Positions 36,556 through 46,028 of a stretch of DNA of 64,000 nucleotides are shown here, in pieces. Position 1 is the stretch's first letter, and the number at the start of each line of letters is the position of its first letter. A program made the position numbers and the translations under genes. The DNA comes from Escherichia phage UPWr_E1, in the sequence record PP418985.1; one strand, 5' to 3'. The notes below the pieces were generated by a model, which had not been told where the DNA came from, made no database searches, and saw only the letters and a program-made list of their open reading frames with translations.

Positions 36556-36600
36556 TTTTATTATGCCTCCCGTCGAAAGATTGGAGGCTTTTTTATTATG
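36556..36600 (+). repeat. 10-bp direct repeat TTTTATTATG flanking a 25-bp hairpin segment
   Basis: TTTTATTATG at 36556-36565 and 36591-36600; second copy supplies the ATG of ORF 36598. Confidence 0.6.
36565..36595 (+). terminator. hairpin plus T-run immediately before ORF 36598
   Basis: GCCTCC 36565-36570 / GGAGGC 36583-36588, then TTTTTT. Confidence 0.6.
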
Positions 36601-37101
36601 CAATTTACACCAGAAGAACTTAACATCATTGATGAAGTGATGAACTCTAAAGAAAATATCGATATGTCGATCCTTAATGGATTGATTGAAAAGACTGAAC
36701 GGTTAGTGCATCATGAAGCCTTGTATCGCGGTGTGAGCAAAAGAGAAGGCCGTAAGCTGGATACCTTAATTGTAGGTGATTCTTTCGTTGTAGAGCGTCC
36801 TATGAGCTTTACGCCACTGCAATCAACAGCAGAGGACTTTGCAACCGATGTTTATGCAACAGGAAAGATTATTGCAATAAAACCTACCAAGCCTTGCATG
36901 AATTATTACGAACATGCTATTGATCGAGTGGTGTCTAAAGAGTATGACAATCCGACTACTCGACTGTCTTTGTATGCTATGTTGGCGGATGAGCGCGAGT
37001 GCATATACAAGACAGGGACGACCATGATCCTTGATGAGATCGAGGAAGTTTACGCATGTAACGGCGATCTGATAGAGATTTACAAATTTTCTTTAATTTA
37101 A
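36598..37101 (+). CDS. hypothetical protein, possible Mod-like ADP-ribosyltransferase
   Basis: Position matches T4 modA/modB between 56 and dda; YRG, S-T and ERE motifs loosely fit R-S-ExE; weak. Confidence 0.45.
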   Translation: MQFTPEELNIIDEVMNSKENIDMSILNGLIEKTERLVHHEALYRGVSKREGRKLDTLIVGDSFVVERPMSFTPLQSTAEDFATDVYATGKIIAIKPTKPCMNYYEHAIDRVVSKEYDNPTTRLSLYAMLADERECIYKTGTTMILDEIEEVYACNGDLIEIYKFSLI

Positions 37102-37104
37102 GTG

Positions 37105-37133
37105 TTGACAGCACAAACCAGATAGACAATAAT
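37105..37133 (+). promoter_or_regulatory. sigma70-type early promoter
   Basis: TTGACA 37105-37110; AATAAT 37128-37133. Confidence 0.55.
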
Positions 37134-37162
37134 ACACACATACCAACTAAGGAGAATCAATT

Positions 37163-37918
37163 ATGAAACTGTTTGCTTTTAAATCTAACGAAGAATTGGC
37201 GCTGGTTGTTTTCCGTCTGAACTCTATCATGGCTGGCGCTTCTCGTCGTAACAAAGACTTCTCTATGAGCTTAGTCACTGTGCGTAACATCTATCGCCAG
37301 ACTCATTGCGCATATTCCGGTGAGGCTTTCGGTGAAGGTGATGACGGACTCTCCTTAGAGCGCATTGATTGCAATCTGGGATATGTTGATGGCAATGTAA
37401 TTCCGGTTAAACTGAAATACAATTCTTTCCGTGGTAATCATACTATCGAATCTCTTAAAGAGATCCAGGAACTAGGAACTAACGGTAAACTTTCTGATGA
37501 TGAAATTGCCCTACGTGCGAAGTACATCGAGTGGATCGAACTTAACGAGAATCGCATCAAAAATCAGGAAATGGCAATCGAAGAAAAGAAATTAGCAATC
37601 GAGCGCCACAAAAAGCACAACGAACCGGAGAAAGCAGATGCAGCCGAGCGAGCGATTAAAAATACTCTCTTCCGTATGGAAGAACGTTATCAGAAAATTG
37701 CAGATCTCAAGCAAGCCCTTAGCGAAATCAACAAGAAAGAGGAAAAACTTAAGGCTATTGCAAACAATACCGAAATCGTGCTAAAATATACCAGCGTTTT
37801 GATTGAATCTCTTTCTAAGTATGAGAACTTAACGCCAGCACAAAAAGAACGCGTGAAATACGGGCTTCCGATTGATGCGTCGTGGATTGAATTGATGAAA
37901 GCGAAGGTAGGTTTATAA
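37163..37918 (+). CDS. hypothetical protein in srd position (251 aa)
   Basis: Promoter 37105-37133; ATG 37163 after AAGGAGAATCAATT; C-terminal coiled coil; positional only. Confidence 0.55.
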   Translation: MKLFAFKSNEELALVVFRLNSIMAGASRRNKDFSMSLVTVRNIYRQTHCAYSGEAFGEGDDGLSLERIDCNLGYVDGNVIPVKLKYNSFRGNHTIESLKEIQELGTNGKLSDDEIALRAKYIEWIELNENRIKNQEMAIEEKKLAIERHKKHNEPEKADAAERAIKNTLFRMEERYQKIADLKQALSEINKKEEKLKAIANNTEIVLKYTSVLIESLSKYENLTPAQKERVKYGLPIDASWIELMKAKVGL

Positions 37919-38232
37919 TGCATGTATTTGCTGTATGTTATCGTGATAAAGACGGATTCTTTCAATACTCAGTGGACGCGAAAGGTCGCGTCCTAACTTG
38001 CGAAACACATGATGCTGCGTTAGCGTCAATGTGTGATCAGATAGATTATTGTGAGAGTCTATTGGCAGGTGAACCGAAATACAAGGTTGTACCTAAACGA
38101 AAATTTGGTATAATCCGATCTTCTGAAATTGTTCGGGATGGTATAGAATACAAAATTCCTGAATATGAAAAAGAACGGGTACGGCGAGAACTCAATACTA
38201 TCTGTGTTCGCAAGGTGAGGATTTTAGGATAA
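37918..38232 (+). CDS. hypothetical protein (104 aa)
   Basis: ORF; start overlaps upstream stop. Confidence 0.5.
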   Translation: MHVFAVCYRDKDGFFQYSVDAKGRVLTCETHDAALASMCDQIDYCESLLAGEPKYKVVPKRKFGIIRSSEIVRDGIEYKIPEYEKERVRRELNTICVRKVRILG

Positions 38233-39623
38233 TGAGCAGAGTATTAACTTTCGATATGTTGACAGACGGACAAAAACATGCTTTTGATGTTCTAATGAAA
38301 CGCATTGAACAAAAGAAGCATACCACTGTCCGGGGTGCGGCGGGTACTGGTAAAACCGCAATGATGAAATTCATTGTTCAGGAAATGGTCCGCCGTGGTG
38401 TAACTGGTGTGGTTTTGGCAACGCCTACCCACCAGGCTAAAAAAGTTTTGAGTAAGGCGGTAGGTCGTCAAGCATTTACTTTACATGCACTACTGCGACT
38501 AAACCCGACTAACTATGAAGATACTCAAGTATTTGAGCAAAAAGATACTCCTAAACTAGATGATGTTCAGATCATCATTGTTGATGAAGCGAGTATGGTC
38601 GATAAGAAACTATTTGATATTCTCATGAAGAGTATCAACGGTCGAATTGTTGTTATTGCAGTTGGCGATCCGCACCAGTTACGACCAGTTGATCCGAGTG
38701 GTGCAACGTCAATTTCTCCTTTCTTCACGGATGAAAATTTTCAAAACGTGGAGTTGACAGAAATTAAACGATCTAATGCACCGATCATTGATGTGGCGAC
38801 CGCTGTCCGTAACGGTAAATGGGTATTCGAAAAGCAGTGCGGTAACGAGGGTGTATTCCATAGCTCAACTCTGCCGGAGTTTATGAAGCATTATTTCGAA
38901 ACCGTTAAAACGCCGGAAGACCTTCTAGAAAACCGTATTCTGGCCTACACTAACAAGAGCGTCGAAAAACTAAATGAAATTGTACGTAAGCGCGTTTATA
39001 ACACCGATGAACCAGTGATTGTAGATGAAATTCTGGTTACTCAGGAACCGTTGATCGAATATATGCGAGATGAACGCGGGAAGAAGATTCCCAATGTTAT
39101 TTTTAACAATGGTGAGATGATCCGAGTTAAAGAGGTCATCCCGCGTGAATTTACATTACGTTGCACGGGGGTAGATCCGCAACCAGTTTTAGGCTATACT
39201 CTGAAAGTGGAAAGCGTCGATGATGACGAAGACAAAGAAATCCTAAATCAGAAAGTAGGTTTAGATGCAGTCGGAATCACTACAGATAAACCGGATTTAG
39301 TAGAAATCAACATTCTGACAGAACAACGTCAGAAGAACATTTTCTCTATCTATCTGAATACGGTCGCCGGACAATATCGCGAAATGAAGAAAGAGAATCC
39401 AAAATTTAAACCAGATTGGGATTCCTTCTGGACGATGAAGCGTATGTTCTTGAATGTAAAAGCATTACCAGCTTGCACCATTCATAAGTCACAAGGGATC
39501 AGCGTAGACCGCGTGTTCCTGTACACTCCTTGCATGTGTACAGACAATGTTGACTTTGAATTGGCAATGCAGTTATTATATGTTGGTGTTACCCGTGCGC
39601 GGTATCGAGTAGACTATATTTGA
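38232..39623 (+). CDS. dda: DNA helicase Dda (SF1B)
   Basis: Walker A GAAGTGKT, IIVDEASM; colinear with remembered T4 Dda incl. C-terminal LYVGVTRARYRVDYI. Confidence 0.92.
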   Translation: MSRVLTFDMLTDGQKHAFDVLMKRIEQKKHTTVRGAAGTGKTAMMKFIVQEMVRRGVTGVVLATPTHQAKKVLSKAVGRQAFTLHALLRLNPTNYEDTQVFEQKDTPKLDDVQIIIVDEASMVDKKLFDILMKSINGRIVVIAVGDPHQLRPVDPSGATSISPFFTDENFQNVELTEIKRSNAPIIDVATAVRNGKWVFEKQCGNEGVFHSSTLPEFMKHYFETVKTPEDLLENRILAYTNKSVEKLNEIVRKRVYNTDEPVIVDEILVTQEPLIEYMRDERGKKIPNVIFNNGEMIRVKEVIPREFTLRCTGVDPQPVLGYTLKVESVDDDEDKEILNQKVGLDAVGITTDKPDLVEINILTEQRQKNIFSIYLNTVAGQYREMKKENPKFKPDWDSFWTMKRMFLNVKALPACTIHKSQGISVDRVFLYTPCMCTDNVDFELAMQLLYVGVTRARYRVDYI

Positions 39624-39633
39624 GGAAATTATT

Positions 39634-39801
39634 ATGATTATGCGAAGTATCCCAGAATTTAATGATGTGACGGTAAGCCGTCACAATGGAACTGTTACCA
39701 TGTGCTTTAGATGGGGTCTGTACGGCTGGAACGTGTCCGGCGATAGTGAAGCTGCATGTATCAATAAAATGATCGAACATTTCACTAAGCGAGGTTTTTG
39801 A
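39634..39801 (+). CDS. hypothetical small protein (55 aa, not in ORF track)
   Basis: ATG 39634 after GAGGAAATTATT. Confidence 0.4.
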   Translation: MIMRSIPEFNDVTVSRHNGTVTMCFRWGLYGWNVSGDSEAACINKMIEHFTKRGF

Positions 39802-39802
39802 T

Positions 39803-40045
39803 ATGGTTGTTATTAACGATATCTCTAAGGTAATTCATCTTGAATCAATTGTCGCGTGGAACCGTCAAAAGATTCATTGTGACTATACACAACATGTAAT
39901 GAATTTTAACCACAAGGTACGCGCATACATGGCAACGGATCGACTGTTAACCGATAATTACGGTAAAGGAATTATTGATTGTAGCGGTTTCATTCTGGAT
40001 AAAAACGATCTGGAGTTATTCCGACACATCGCGGAGGATATTTAA
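39803..40045 (+). CDS. hypothetical protein (80 aa)
   Basis: ORF; ATG overlaps upstream stop. Confidence 0.5.
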   Translation: MVVINDISKVIHLESIVAWNRQKIHCDYTQHVMNFNHKVRAYMATDRLLTDNYGKGIIDCSGFILDKNDLELFRHIAEDI

Positions 40046-40046
40046 A

Positions 40047-40715
40047 ATGCTTCCAGTGGATTTAATGATTGACTTTGAAAGTTTAGGTTATCCGCCTGAT
40101 GGGGCGGTAATCAATATGGCGGCAATCGGATTTAAAGAAGACCCACATAATCCACCGACTTTTAAAGAACTGGTTGACAATTCCTTTCTGGTAAAATTTG
40201 ATATTCCTTCCCAGAAAGGTGTAAGGATCTTTGATCATGGTGTGGTTGAATGGTGGAAGAATACCGCCTCAGAAGGCATGAGAAAGCAATTAATCACAAA
40301 TGGTACGGAAGTATCAACTAAAGAAGGTTTAGCGCGTTTTAACGCATTCTGTGAATCTGTAGGAGTAGATCCGGTTAAATCCGTAATGTGGTCACGCGGT
40401 AATGCGTTTGATATTCCGTTACTAGTTGATATGATTCGACGTGCTCATAATACCCGTGAGACGTTCAGCCTTGAACCTGTGCGATTCTGGAACATCCGAG
40501 ATGTTCGCACCGCCATTGAGCGTACATTGATGCATCGTGGTATGTGTGAATGCCCGTTACCAATGGGTACGCTAGACGGATTTATCGCGCATGATGCAAT
40601 TCATGATTGCGCTCGCGATATTCTTATGCTAATCTATGCACAACGTTATGCTATGGGTCTGGAAGACCTACCAGAAAATCCAGATCCAAATTCAGTTAAG
40701 AAACAAAGGGGATAA
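40047..40715 (+). CDS. dexA: exonuclease A (DexA, 3'-5' DNA exonuclease)
   Basis: Colinear with remembered T4 DexA (IDFE..G, WWKN, GTLDGFIAHDAIHDCARDILM, YAMGLED); ATG 40047 after GGAGGATATTTAAA. Confidence 0.9.
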   Translation: MLPVDLMIDFESLGYPPDGAVINMAAIGFKEDPHNPPTFKELVDNSFLVKFDIPSQKGVRIFDHGVVEWWKNTASEGMRKQLITNGTEVSTKEGLARFNAFCESVGVDPVKSVMWSRGNAFDIPLLVDMIRRAHNTRETFSLEPVRFWNIRDVRTAIERTLMHRGMCECPLPMGTLDGFIAHDAIHDCARDILMLIYAQRYAMGLEDLPENPDPNSVKKQRG

Positions 40716-40716
40716 T

Positions 40717-40890
40717 ATGCCATTATATGATTATTCTTGTGAAGAACACGGTCAATTTCAGAAAATCCGCAAAATTTCCGAGCGTGAAAATGCAGAATGC
40801 CCTGAATGCGGTAAAGAATGCAAACAGGGATTGACTGCCCCGCGCGGGATTAATGGCGGGTATTACGATAAAAATGTGCGCGTGTCATGA
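40717..40890 (+). CDS. FmdB-type zinc-ribbon protein (57 aa)
   Basis: MPLYDYSCEEHG...CPECG: two CxxC pairs typical of FmdB zinc ribbon; ATG 40717. Confidence 0.5.
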   Translation: MPLYDYSCEEHGQFQKIRKISERENAECPECGKECKQGLTAPRGINGGYYDKNVRVS

Positions 40891-40997
40891 GTCATATACT
40901 TGACAATCACTCAATTTTTAATATGATTGTTGCAGCCGTCTTTGTGGCGGTTGCAGTAAGTTATGGTTATGTTATGAAGAGGTTTAATAATGAGTGA
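40887..40997 (+). CDS. hypothetical transmembrane peptide (36 aa)
   Basis: ATG 40887 overlapping upstream stop; single hydrophobic helix; stop overlaps gene 39 start. Confidence 0.25.
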   Translation: MSHILDNHSIFNMIVAAVFVAVAVSYGYVMKRFNNE

Positions 40998-42813
40998 GTT
41001 CCGCATTTTATCTGATCGTGAACATGTCCTTAAGCGTGCAGGAATGTATATAGGATCAACAACTTACGAAGAACATCAACGTTTCCTGTTCGGTAAGTGG
41101 ACAAAAATTTCATACGTTCCTGGACTGGTTAAAATCATTGATGAGATCATCGACAACTCTGTAGACGAGGCGATCCGCACTAACTTTGAATTTGCCAATG
41201 TGATTAGCGTCGATATCCAAAACAATATTGTTACGGTAACAGACAATGGTCGCGGTATTCCTCAACATATGGTTACTACCCCAGAGGGTACGCAGATTCC
41301 GCAACCTGTAGCCGCATGGACACGAACAAAAGCAGGGTCTAACTTTGATGATACAAATCGACTAACGCAAGGGATGAACGGCGTAGGATCGTCGTTGTCA
41401 AACTTCTTTAGCGATTGGTTTACTGGTGTGACCTGTGACGGTGAAACAGAAATGACCGTTCAATGTACAAACGGTGCTGAAAATATCACATGGTCATCGA
41501 AACCATCAAAATTGAAGGGAACGAAGGTTACATTTTGTCCAGACTTCGACCACTTCGAAGGTTATATGATGGACAACTCTGTTTTAGATATTGTTCATGA
41601 TCGTCTGCAATCATTGAGCGTAATCTTTCCTAAGATCACGTTTAAGTTTAATGGTAAACGTATTGTTAGTAAGTTCAAGGATTATGCTAAACTATACAAT
41701 GATGATCCGTTTGTCATTGAAGATAAAAACTTTTCACTTGCCCTAGTTCCTGCGGTTGAAGGTGAAGGTTTTAAATCAGTATCATTTGCTAATGGTCTGT
41801 TTACCAAAAACGGGGGAACACACGTAGACTACGTGACAGATGATCTTTGTGAAGAGATTGTAAAACGAATCAAGAAAGAATATAAGGTTGATGTTACTAA
41901 AGCTGCGGTTAAGTCTGGATTGACCTGTATTTTGATTGTTCGTGAATTGCCTAACCTTCGTTTTGATTCACAGACAAAAGAACGCTTGACTAATCCAACT
42001 GGTGATATCAAGCGACACATTGATCTGGACTTTAAAAAACTGGCTAAAGTCATTGCGAAGAAAGAAAACATTATCATGCCTATTATTGCTGTAGTCCTGG
42101 CACGCAAAGAGGCAGCAGATAAAGCGGCAGCGACTAAGGCAGCAAAGGCAGCAAAACGGGCTAAGGTAGCAAAACACGTTAAAGCTAACCTTATTGGAAC
42201 TGACGCAGAAACTACCCTGTTTTTGACGGAAGGTGATTCCGCAATCAACTATCTGATCTCTGTACGTGACCAAGATTTACATGGCGGTTTCCCGTTGCGA
42301 GGTAAAACTCTTACAACGTGGGAGCAACCAGAGGCAAAGATCGTTAAGAACGCCGAAATTTTTAACATCATGGCGATCACTGGTTTGCAATTTGGTGTTG
42401 ATGCATTGGAAGTTATGCAATACAAAAATATTGCTATTATGACAGACGCTGATACTGACGGCATAGGGTCTATTAAACCTAGTCTGATCTCTTTCTTTGC
42501 ACGTTGGCCTGAATTGTTCGAAGATGGACGAATCCGGTTTATCAAAACACCTATTATCATTGCTGAACCAAAGAAAGGTGATGATGTTCGATGGTATTAT
42601 GACCTAGAAGATTTCGAGAACGACCGAGATAATATCAAAGGTTACAACATTCGATATATCAAAGGTTTAGCATCGCTCACAGAATCAGACTATCATCGCG
42701 TGATCAACGATCCTGTCATGGAGATCATCACGTTACCGGAAAACTATAAAGAGCTATTCGATTTGCTCTATAGTGAAGATGCAGATCAGCGCAAAATTTG
42801 GATGCAATCATAA
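40990..42813 (+). CDS. 39: DNA topoisomerase II large subunit gp39 (GyrB-like ATPase), unsplit
   Basis: 607 aa, the length I recall for unsplit T2/T6-type gp39; GHKL ATPase and TOPRIM-like regions; Lys/Ala-rich linker; no separate gene 60. Confidence 0.9.
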   Translation: MSEFRILSDREHVLKRAGMYIGSTTYEEHQRFLFGKWTKISYVPGLVKIIDEIIDNSVDEAIRTNFEFANVISVDIQNNIVTVTDNGRGIPQHMVTTPEGTQIPQPVAAWTRTKAGSNFDDTNRLTQGMNGVGSSLSNFFSDWFTGVTCDGETEMTVQCTNGAENITWSSKPSKLKGTKVTFCPDFDHFEGYMMDNSVLDIVHDRLQSLSVIFPKITFKFNGKRIVSKFKDYAKLYNDDPFVIEDKNFSLALVPAVEGEGFKSVSFANGLFTKNGGTHVDYVTDDLCEEIVKRIKKEYKVDVTKAAVKSGLTCILIVRELPNLRFDSQTKERLTNPTGDIKRHIDLDFKKLAKVIAKKENIIMPIIAVVLARKEAADKAAATKAAKAAKRAKVAKHVKANLIGTDAETTLFLTEGDSAINYLISVRDQDLHGGFPLRGKTLTTWEQPEAKIVKNAEIFNIMAITGLQFGVDALEVMQYKNIAIMTDADTDGIGSIKPSLISFFARWPELFEDGRIRFIKTPIIIAEPKKGDDVRWYYDLEDFENDRDNIKGYNIRYIKGLASLTESDYHRVINDPVMEIITLPENYKELFDLLYSEDADQRKIWMQS

Positions 42814-42816
42814 CAC

Positions 42817-42855
42817 TTGACATAAAAGGGAGATTCTCTATAATGGGAGTCTCCC
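42817..42855 (+). promoter_or_regulatory. early promoter inside a hairpin that also has terminator architecture
   Basis: TTGACA 42817-42822; TATAAT 42839-42844 in the loop of stem GGGAGA 42828-42833 / TCTCCC 42850-42855; T-run 42856-42859. Confidence 0.65.
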
Positions 42856-42878
42856 TTTTCTTTTATGAGGATTTAATA

Positions 42879-43178
42879 ATGAGCAAAAAGAATAACATGA
42901 TGATGAGTATGGCAAAGTTCATGGAAGCAGACCTGATCAAAAATACAGTACAACATGAACGCCAGCGAGAAGCCGCAGTGATTGCAGAACAAGGTTTTCA
43001 GGTTATCCGCAATCCACCTAAAGATACGATTAAATCGAAATACAGAGACGATCTGAAAGACCATGAAGTACGGGAACTGGTTAATGATCTGCGTGACATT
43101 GCCATCAAATATCATGGTTATCAGTGCTTACGAGAACTGATCGCAGAGCGAGTAATGGATGCACTGAAAAAAGATTAA
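42879..43178 (+). CDS. hypothetical protein (100 aa)
   Basis: Hairpin promoter/terminator 42817-42860; ATG 42879 after GAGGATTTAATA. Confidence 0.55.
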   Translation: MSKKNNMMMSMAKFMEADLIKNTVQHERQREAAVIAEQGFQVIRNPPKDTIKSKYRDDLKDHEVRELVNDLRDIAIKYHGYQCLRELIAERVMDALKKD

Positions 43179-43185
43179 AAAGTTG

Positions 43186-43220
43186 TTGACACTGGATCGG
43201 GGATATATCATAATGTCCCC
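43186..43220 (+). promoter_or_regulatory. early promoter with hairpin enclosing the -10
   Basis: TTGACA 43186-43191; CATAAT 43209-43214; stem GGGGA 43199-43203 / TCCCC 43216-43220. Confidence 0.65.
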
Positions 43221-43244
43221 ATCGAAAACAAAAGGTTGACTTAT

Positions 43245-43439
43245 ATGAAACCGTTTAAGAATGAAGAAACTCAAAAATTTTGTGAAAAAATTGCAGAAAT
43301 CTACTTGACAGGGGAGAAGGAAAAAGCTAATATTATGTTCAAAGAGGCAGTTTCCTTGATGAAAGTATCACGCTGGGAACTGATCGCAATGCAAGACCAA
43401 ATTCGTTATCTAGTAACAAAGGAGAATCAAAATGCGTAA
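43245..43439 (+). CDS. hypothetical protein (64 aa)
   Basis: Promoter 43186-43220; ATG 43245. Confidence 0.5.
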   Translation: MKPFKNEETQKFCEKIAEIYLTGEKEKANIMFKEAVSLMKVSRWELIAMQDQIRYLVTKENQNA

Positions 43440-43626
43440 CCATTACATCGAACTGGCAAGCCGTAGAGTTTCCGATCTGAAAGGCGTAATTGCTTACTAT
43501 GAAGAAGTCCTGAAAAACGAAATTGCTGATTGGGAACGTAAAGAATACAGCAAGTGCTTAGAGAAAAGCCGCGCTGAACTGGTTGACGCAGAAGCCCATC
43601 TGCAATGGGTGATTGAAAATGTATAA
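43432..43626 (+). CDS. hypothetical protein (64 aa)
   Basis: ATG 43432 after AAGGAGAATCAAA. Confidence 0.55.
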   Translation: MRNHYIELASRRVSDLKGVIAYYEEVLKNEIADWERKEYSKCLEKSRAELVDAEAHLQWVIENV

Positions 43627-43636
43627 GGAGTAGAAA

Positions 43637-43894
43637 ATGAGTCGAAGTTTTGATTTTATGTTCGCCAAGTGTCATCGAGAAAAGAAATCGATGGACCTGT
43701 TTATGAAATGTTTGAGGTATGAATATGCGCACCTTCGGAAGAACAAAATTGATCCGCAAGTTTCCTACGAAAACATCAAGAAATATGCGAAAGAAGTGAT
43801 TGACAACGATTGCACCGTGACATATAATGCGTTTATTGATTTATGGGCGTGGGATGTAATCTACGCAGAGATGGACAAAGAAGATTTTAATTAA
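43637..43894 (+). CDS. hypothetical protein (85 aa)
   Basis: ATG 43637 after AAGGAGTAGAAA; contains consensus promoter 43800-43828 in its 3' part. Confidence 0.55.
   Translation: MSRSFDFMFAKCHREKKSMDLFMKCLRYEYAHLRKNKIDPQVSYENIKKYAKEVIDNDCTVTYNAFIDLWAWDVIYAEMDKEDFN
43800..43828 (+). promoter_or_regulatory. consensus sigma70 promoter inside the upstream ORF, 80 nt before rIIA
   Basis: TTGACA 43800-43805; 17-nt spacer; TATAAT 43823-43828. Confidence 0.6.
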
Positions 43895-43908
43895 GTGAGG
43901 ATTATATT

Positions 43909-46017
43909 ATGAAAATGCATATTGATAATGAAGAAGTATTTGGTAGTGACCTGAGCGGTGCGGTTGATTTTTCTCTGAAAGCAAGTAGCAAGGCTTTTAT
44001 GGTGCTTTCTAAGAACACGTATCAATATTGTGAGCGTGCTTGCGTCCGTGAGTATTCATGCAATGCTACAGACACTCACAAAGAAGCCGGAACCTTAGAT
44101 CGTCCGTTTGATATTCATTTACCGACTGCAATCGAACCGTATTTCTCTGTGCGTGATTATGGTACGGGTATTCCGTCTAAGAAAGAATTAGAACAACTGT
44201 TTACTGTTTACTTTGAATCAACCAAAGACCAGACTAATGATTATATCGGATCTTTTGGTTTAGGTGCGAAGTCTGCTTATAGCTATACTGACACCTTTAC
44301 AATCGTAAACTACTACAATGGTCGCGCTTATGGCTTTACTGCATTCGTGCAAAACTCTATGCCGAAAATGGTGCAGATTTTCGACGAACCGACCTATGAA
44401 GACAATGGTCTGAAAATCACTATTCCAGTGAAAGAGAAAGATATTCAGACATGGCATCGAGAAGCACAATTTGTACTGCGTCATTTTGGGGAACACAAAC
44501 CTAATATCAATGCCATCGAAATTAATTATTTCCCTAGCTTTGATAATTATTATGTGTGTAATGGACGTGATAACGATTCCTATGTGGTATATGCAATCAT
44601 GGGTAAGATCCAGTATCCGATCCCGTATGAATATGTTCGCGGAACATGGTTAGAAGCGGTAAACCGCCAGCACCAGACCATTTACATCAATTTCGAGTTA
44701 GGTGATCTGGACCTGATGCCATCGCGTGAAGAAGTTCACTTGTCAATTGAGACTAAAGCGAACATCGAAAAACGCATTGCAGAAATCAATGAAATGATGT
44801 TGGAAAAGGTTAAAGAAAAGATCGCCAGCATTGAAACAGAGCGTAAACTTGCGCAATTTATGAGCGAGTATTCATCGACTCAACGCAATATTATTAGCAA
44901 AATGGGTAAGATCGGACAGTGGGATGATCCGGTAGCAATCTATAATAAGTTTGTGAATGCGGGTAAAGATTCGCCAAATGACGTAGAAGGACAGGTGTAT
45001 ACTCTGTATCGCACTCGACACACAATCAGCAAATTGCGCCCTGCTTTCGTTAGCAGTCAATACAACATTACGCACTTTGTATGGATTCATAAAGAAGATA
45101 TTCTGTGTGTAATTGATGATACAGATAAACCGAAACTGCGTGCACTGACTCTTAACGGCATGGTCCAGGAATACGGCATCAATAAAAAGGTACTGGTGTT
45201 CCGTCAGAACAACGAAAAACATATGGAGACTTTCGAGTACATCAAACAGTATTATGATGAATCGGAAATGACCGTGATTAAAGTGTCCGAGGCCGACGAC
45301 CTGCGTGCTAAAGCAGTTAAGCCGGAGAAGACCGAGCGTACACAACGTGAAGCTACTCCTAAGCTACCTAACGTGTATATCATGGAAAAGATTGGTGACA
45401 GTTGGCATAAAACCAGCCATCACATGAAAGCGGCAGAGATTCGCGAGTTATCAGGCTTGCACATGTTCCGCGTGGGGGATGCATTCGAAAGCCGTATCCG
45501 TCAATCGATCTATAATGAAAATACATTACACACGGCGCTTGACTACTTCGGGGTAACAAAGTATATTATTACCCGTAATGAGACACAAAAATATCTCGTT
45601 GACGAACAACTGGAATGTGCGCTAGAATTTGTTCGCGGTAAGCTGGCGGGTCTGGCTAAGAAGGTTAAGACCAATCATCTGGGGTATGGCGAATATCTGG
45701 GTGTGATCACTATGTTGTTTCATGACGATGAACTAGAACGCTGTATTCCAGAATTTATTGACAGACTGTACGGTCGTCATTATAATAAAGAGGTTTCCAA
45801 GTTACTCCTTCGTACTCGTTGGATTATGGACGAAGAAACTAAAAAGATCTGTGATGAAAAATTCACGGCAGCAAACGAACGAATTAAAGCAGTTTGTGCG
45901 AAGTTTAAAGAGAATAGCCCGTTACTGTATGATATTGTAGATAACTGGTATCGTATTCTGCATAACGACAAACGCGCACAAGACTTTATGAAACTGGTTA
46001 AGAATGTTAAATTTTAA
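43909..46017 (+). CDS. rIIA: rIIA protein
   Basis: 702 aa (T4 rIIA about 725 aa); N-terminal ATPase-like region (DYGTGIP); position between 39 and rIIB. Confidence 0.75.
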   Translation: MKMHIDNEEVFGSDLSGAVDFSLKASSKAFMVLSKNTYQYCERACVREYSCNATDTHKEAGTLDRPFDIHLPTAIEPYFSVRDYGTGIPSKKELEQLFTVYFESTKDQTNDYIGSFGLGAKSAYSYTDTFTIVNYYNGRAYGFTAFVQNSMPKMVQIFDEPTYEDNGLKITIPVKEKDIQTWHREAQFVLRHFGEHKPNINAIEINYFPSFDNYYVCNGRDNDSYVVYAIMGKIQYPIPYEYVRGTWLEAVNRQHQTIYINFELGDLDLMPSREEVHLSIETKANIEKRIAEINEMMLEKVKEKIASIETERKLAQFMSEYSSTQRNIISKMGKIGQWDDPVAIYNKFVNAGKDSPNDVEGQVYTLYRTRHTISKLRPAFVSSQYNITHFVWIHKEDILCVIDDTDKPKLRALTLNGMVQEYGINKKVLVFRQNNEKHMETFEYIKQYYDESEMTVIKVSEADDLRAKAVKPEKTERTQREATPKLPNVYIMEKIGDSWHKTSHHMKAAEIRELSGLHMFRVGDAFESRIRQSIYNENTLHTALDYFGVTKYIITRNETQKYLVDEQLECALEFVRGKLAGLAKKVKTNHLGYGEYLGVITMLFHDDELERCIPEFIDRLYGRHYNKEVSKLLLRTRWIMDEETKKICDEKFTAANERIKAVCAKFKENSPLLYDIVDNWYRILHNDKRAQDFMKLVKNVKF

Positions 46018-46028
46018 GAGGTGATATT

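Noticed and set aside
40900-40932. TTGACA followed by TAATAT
   Set aside because: Spacer is only about 13 nt; not a plausible sigma70 promoter.
41829-42560. Minus-strand ORFs within the topoisomerase gene 39
   Set aside because: Antisense to gp39; low-complexity Ala/Leu-rich translations mirror the Lys/Ala-rich linker on the sense strand.
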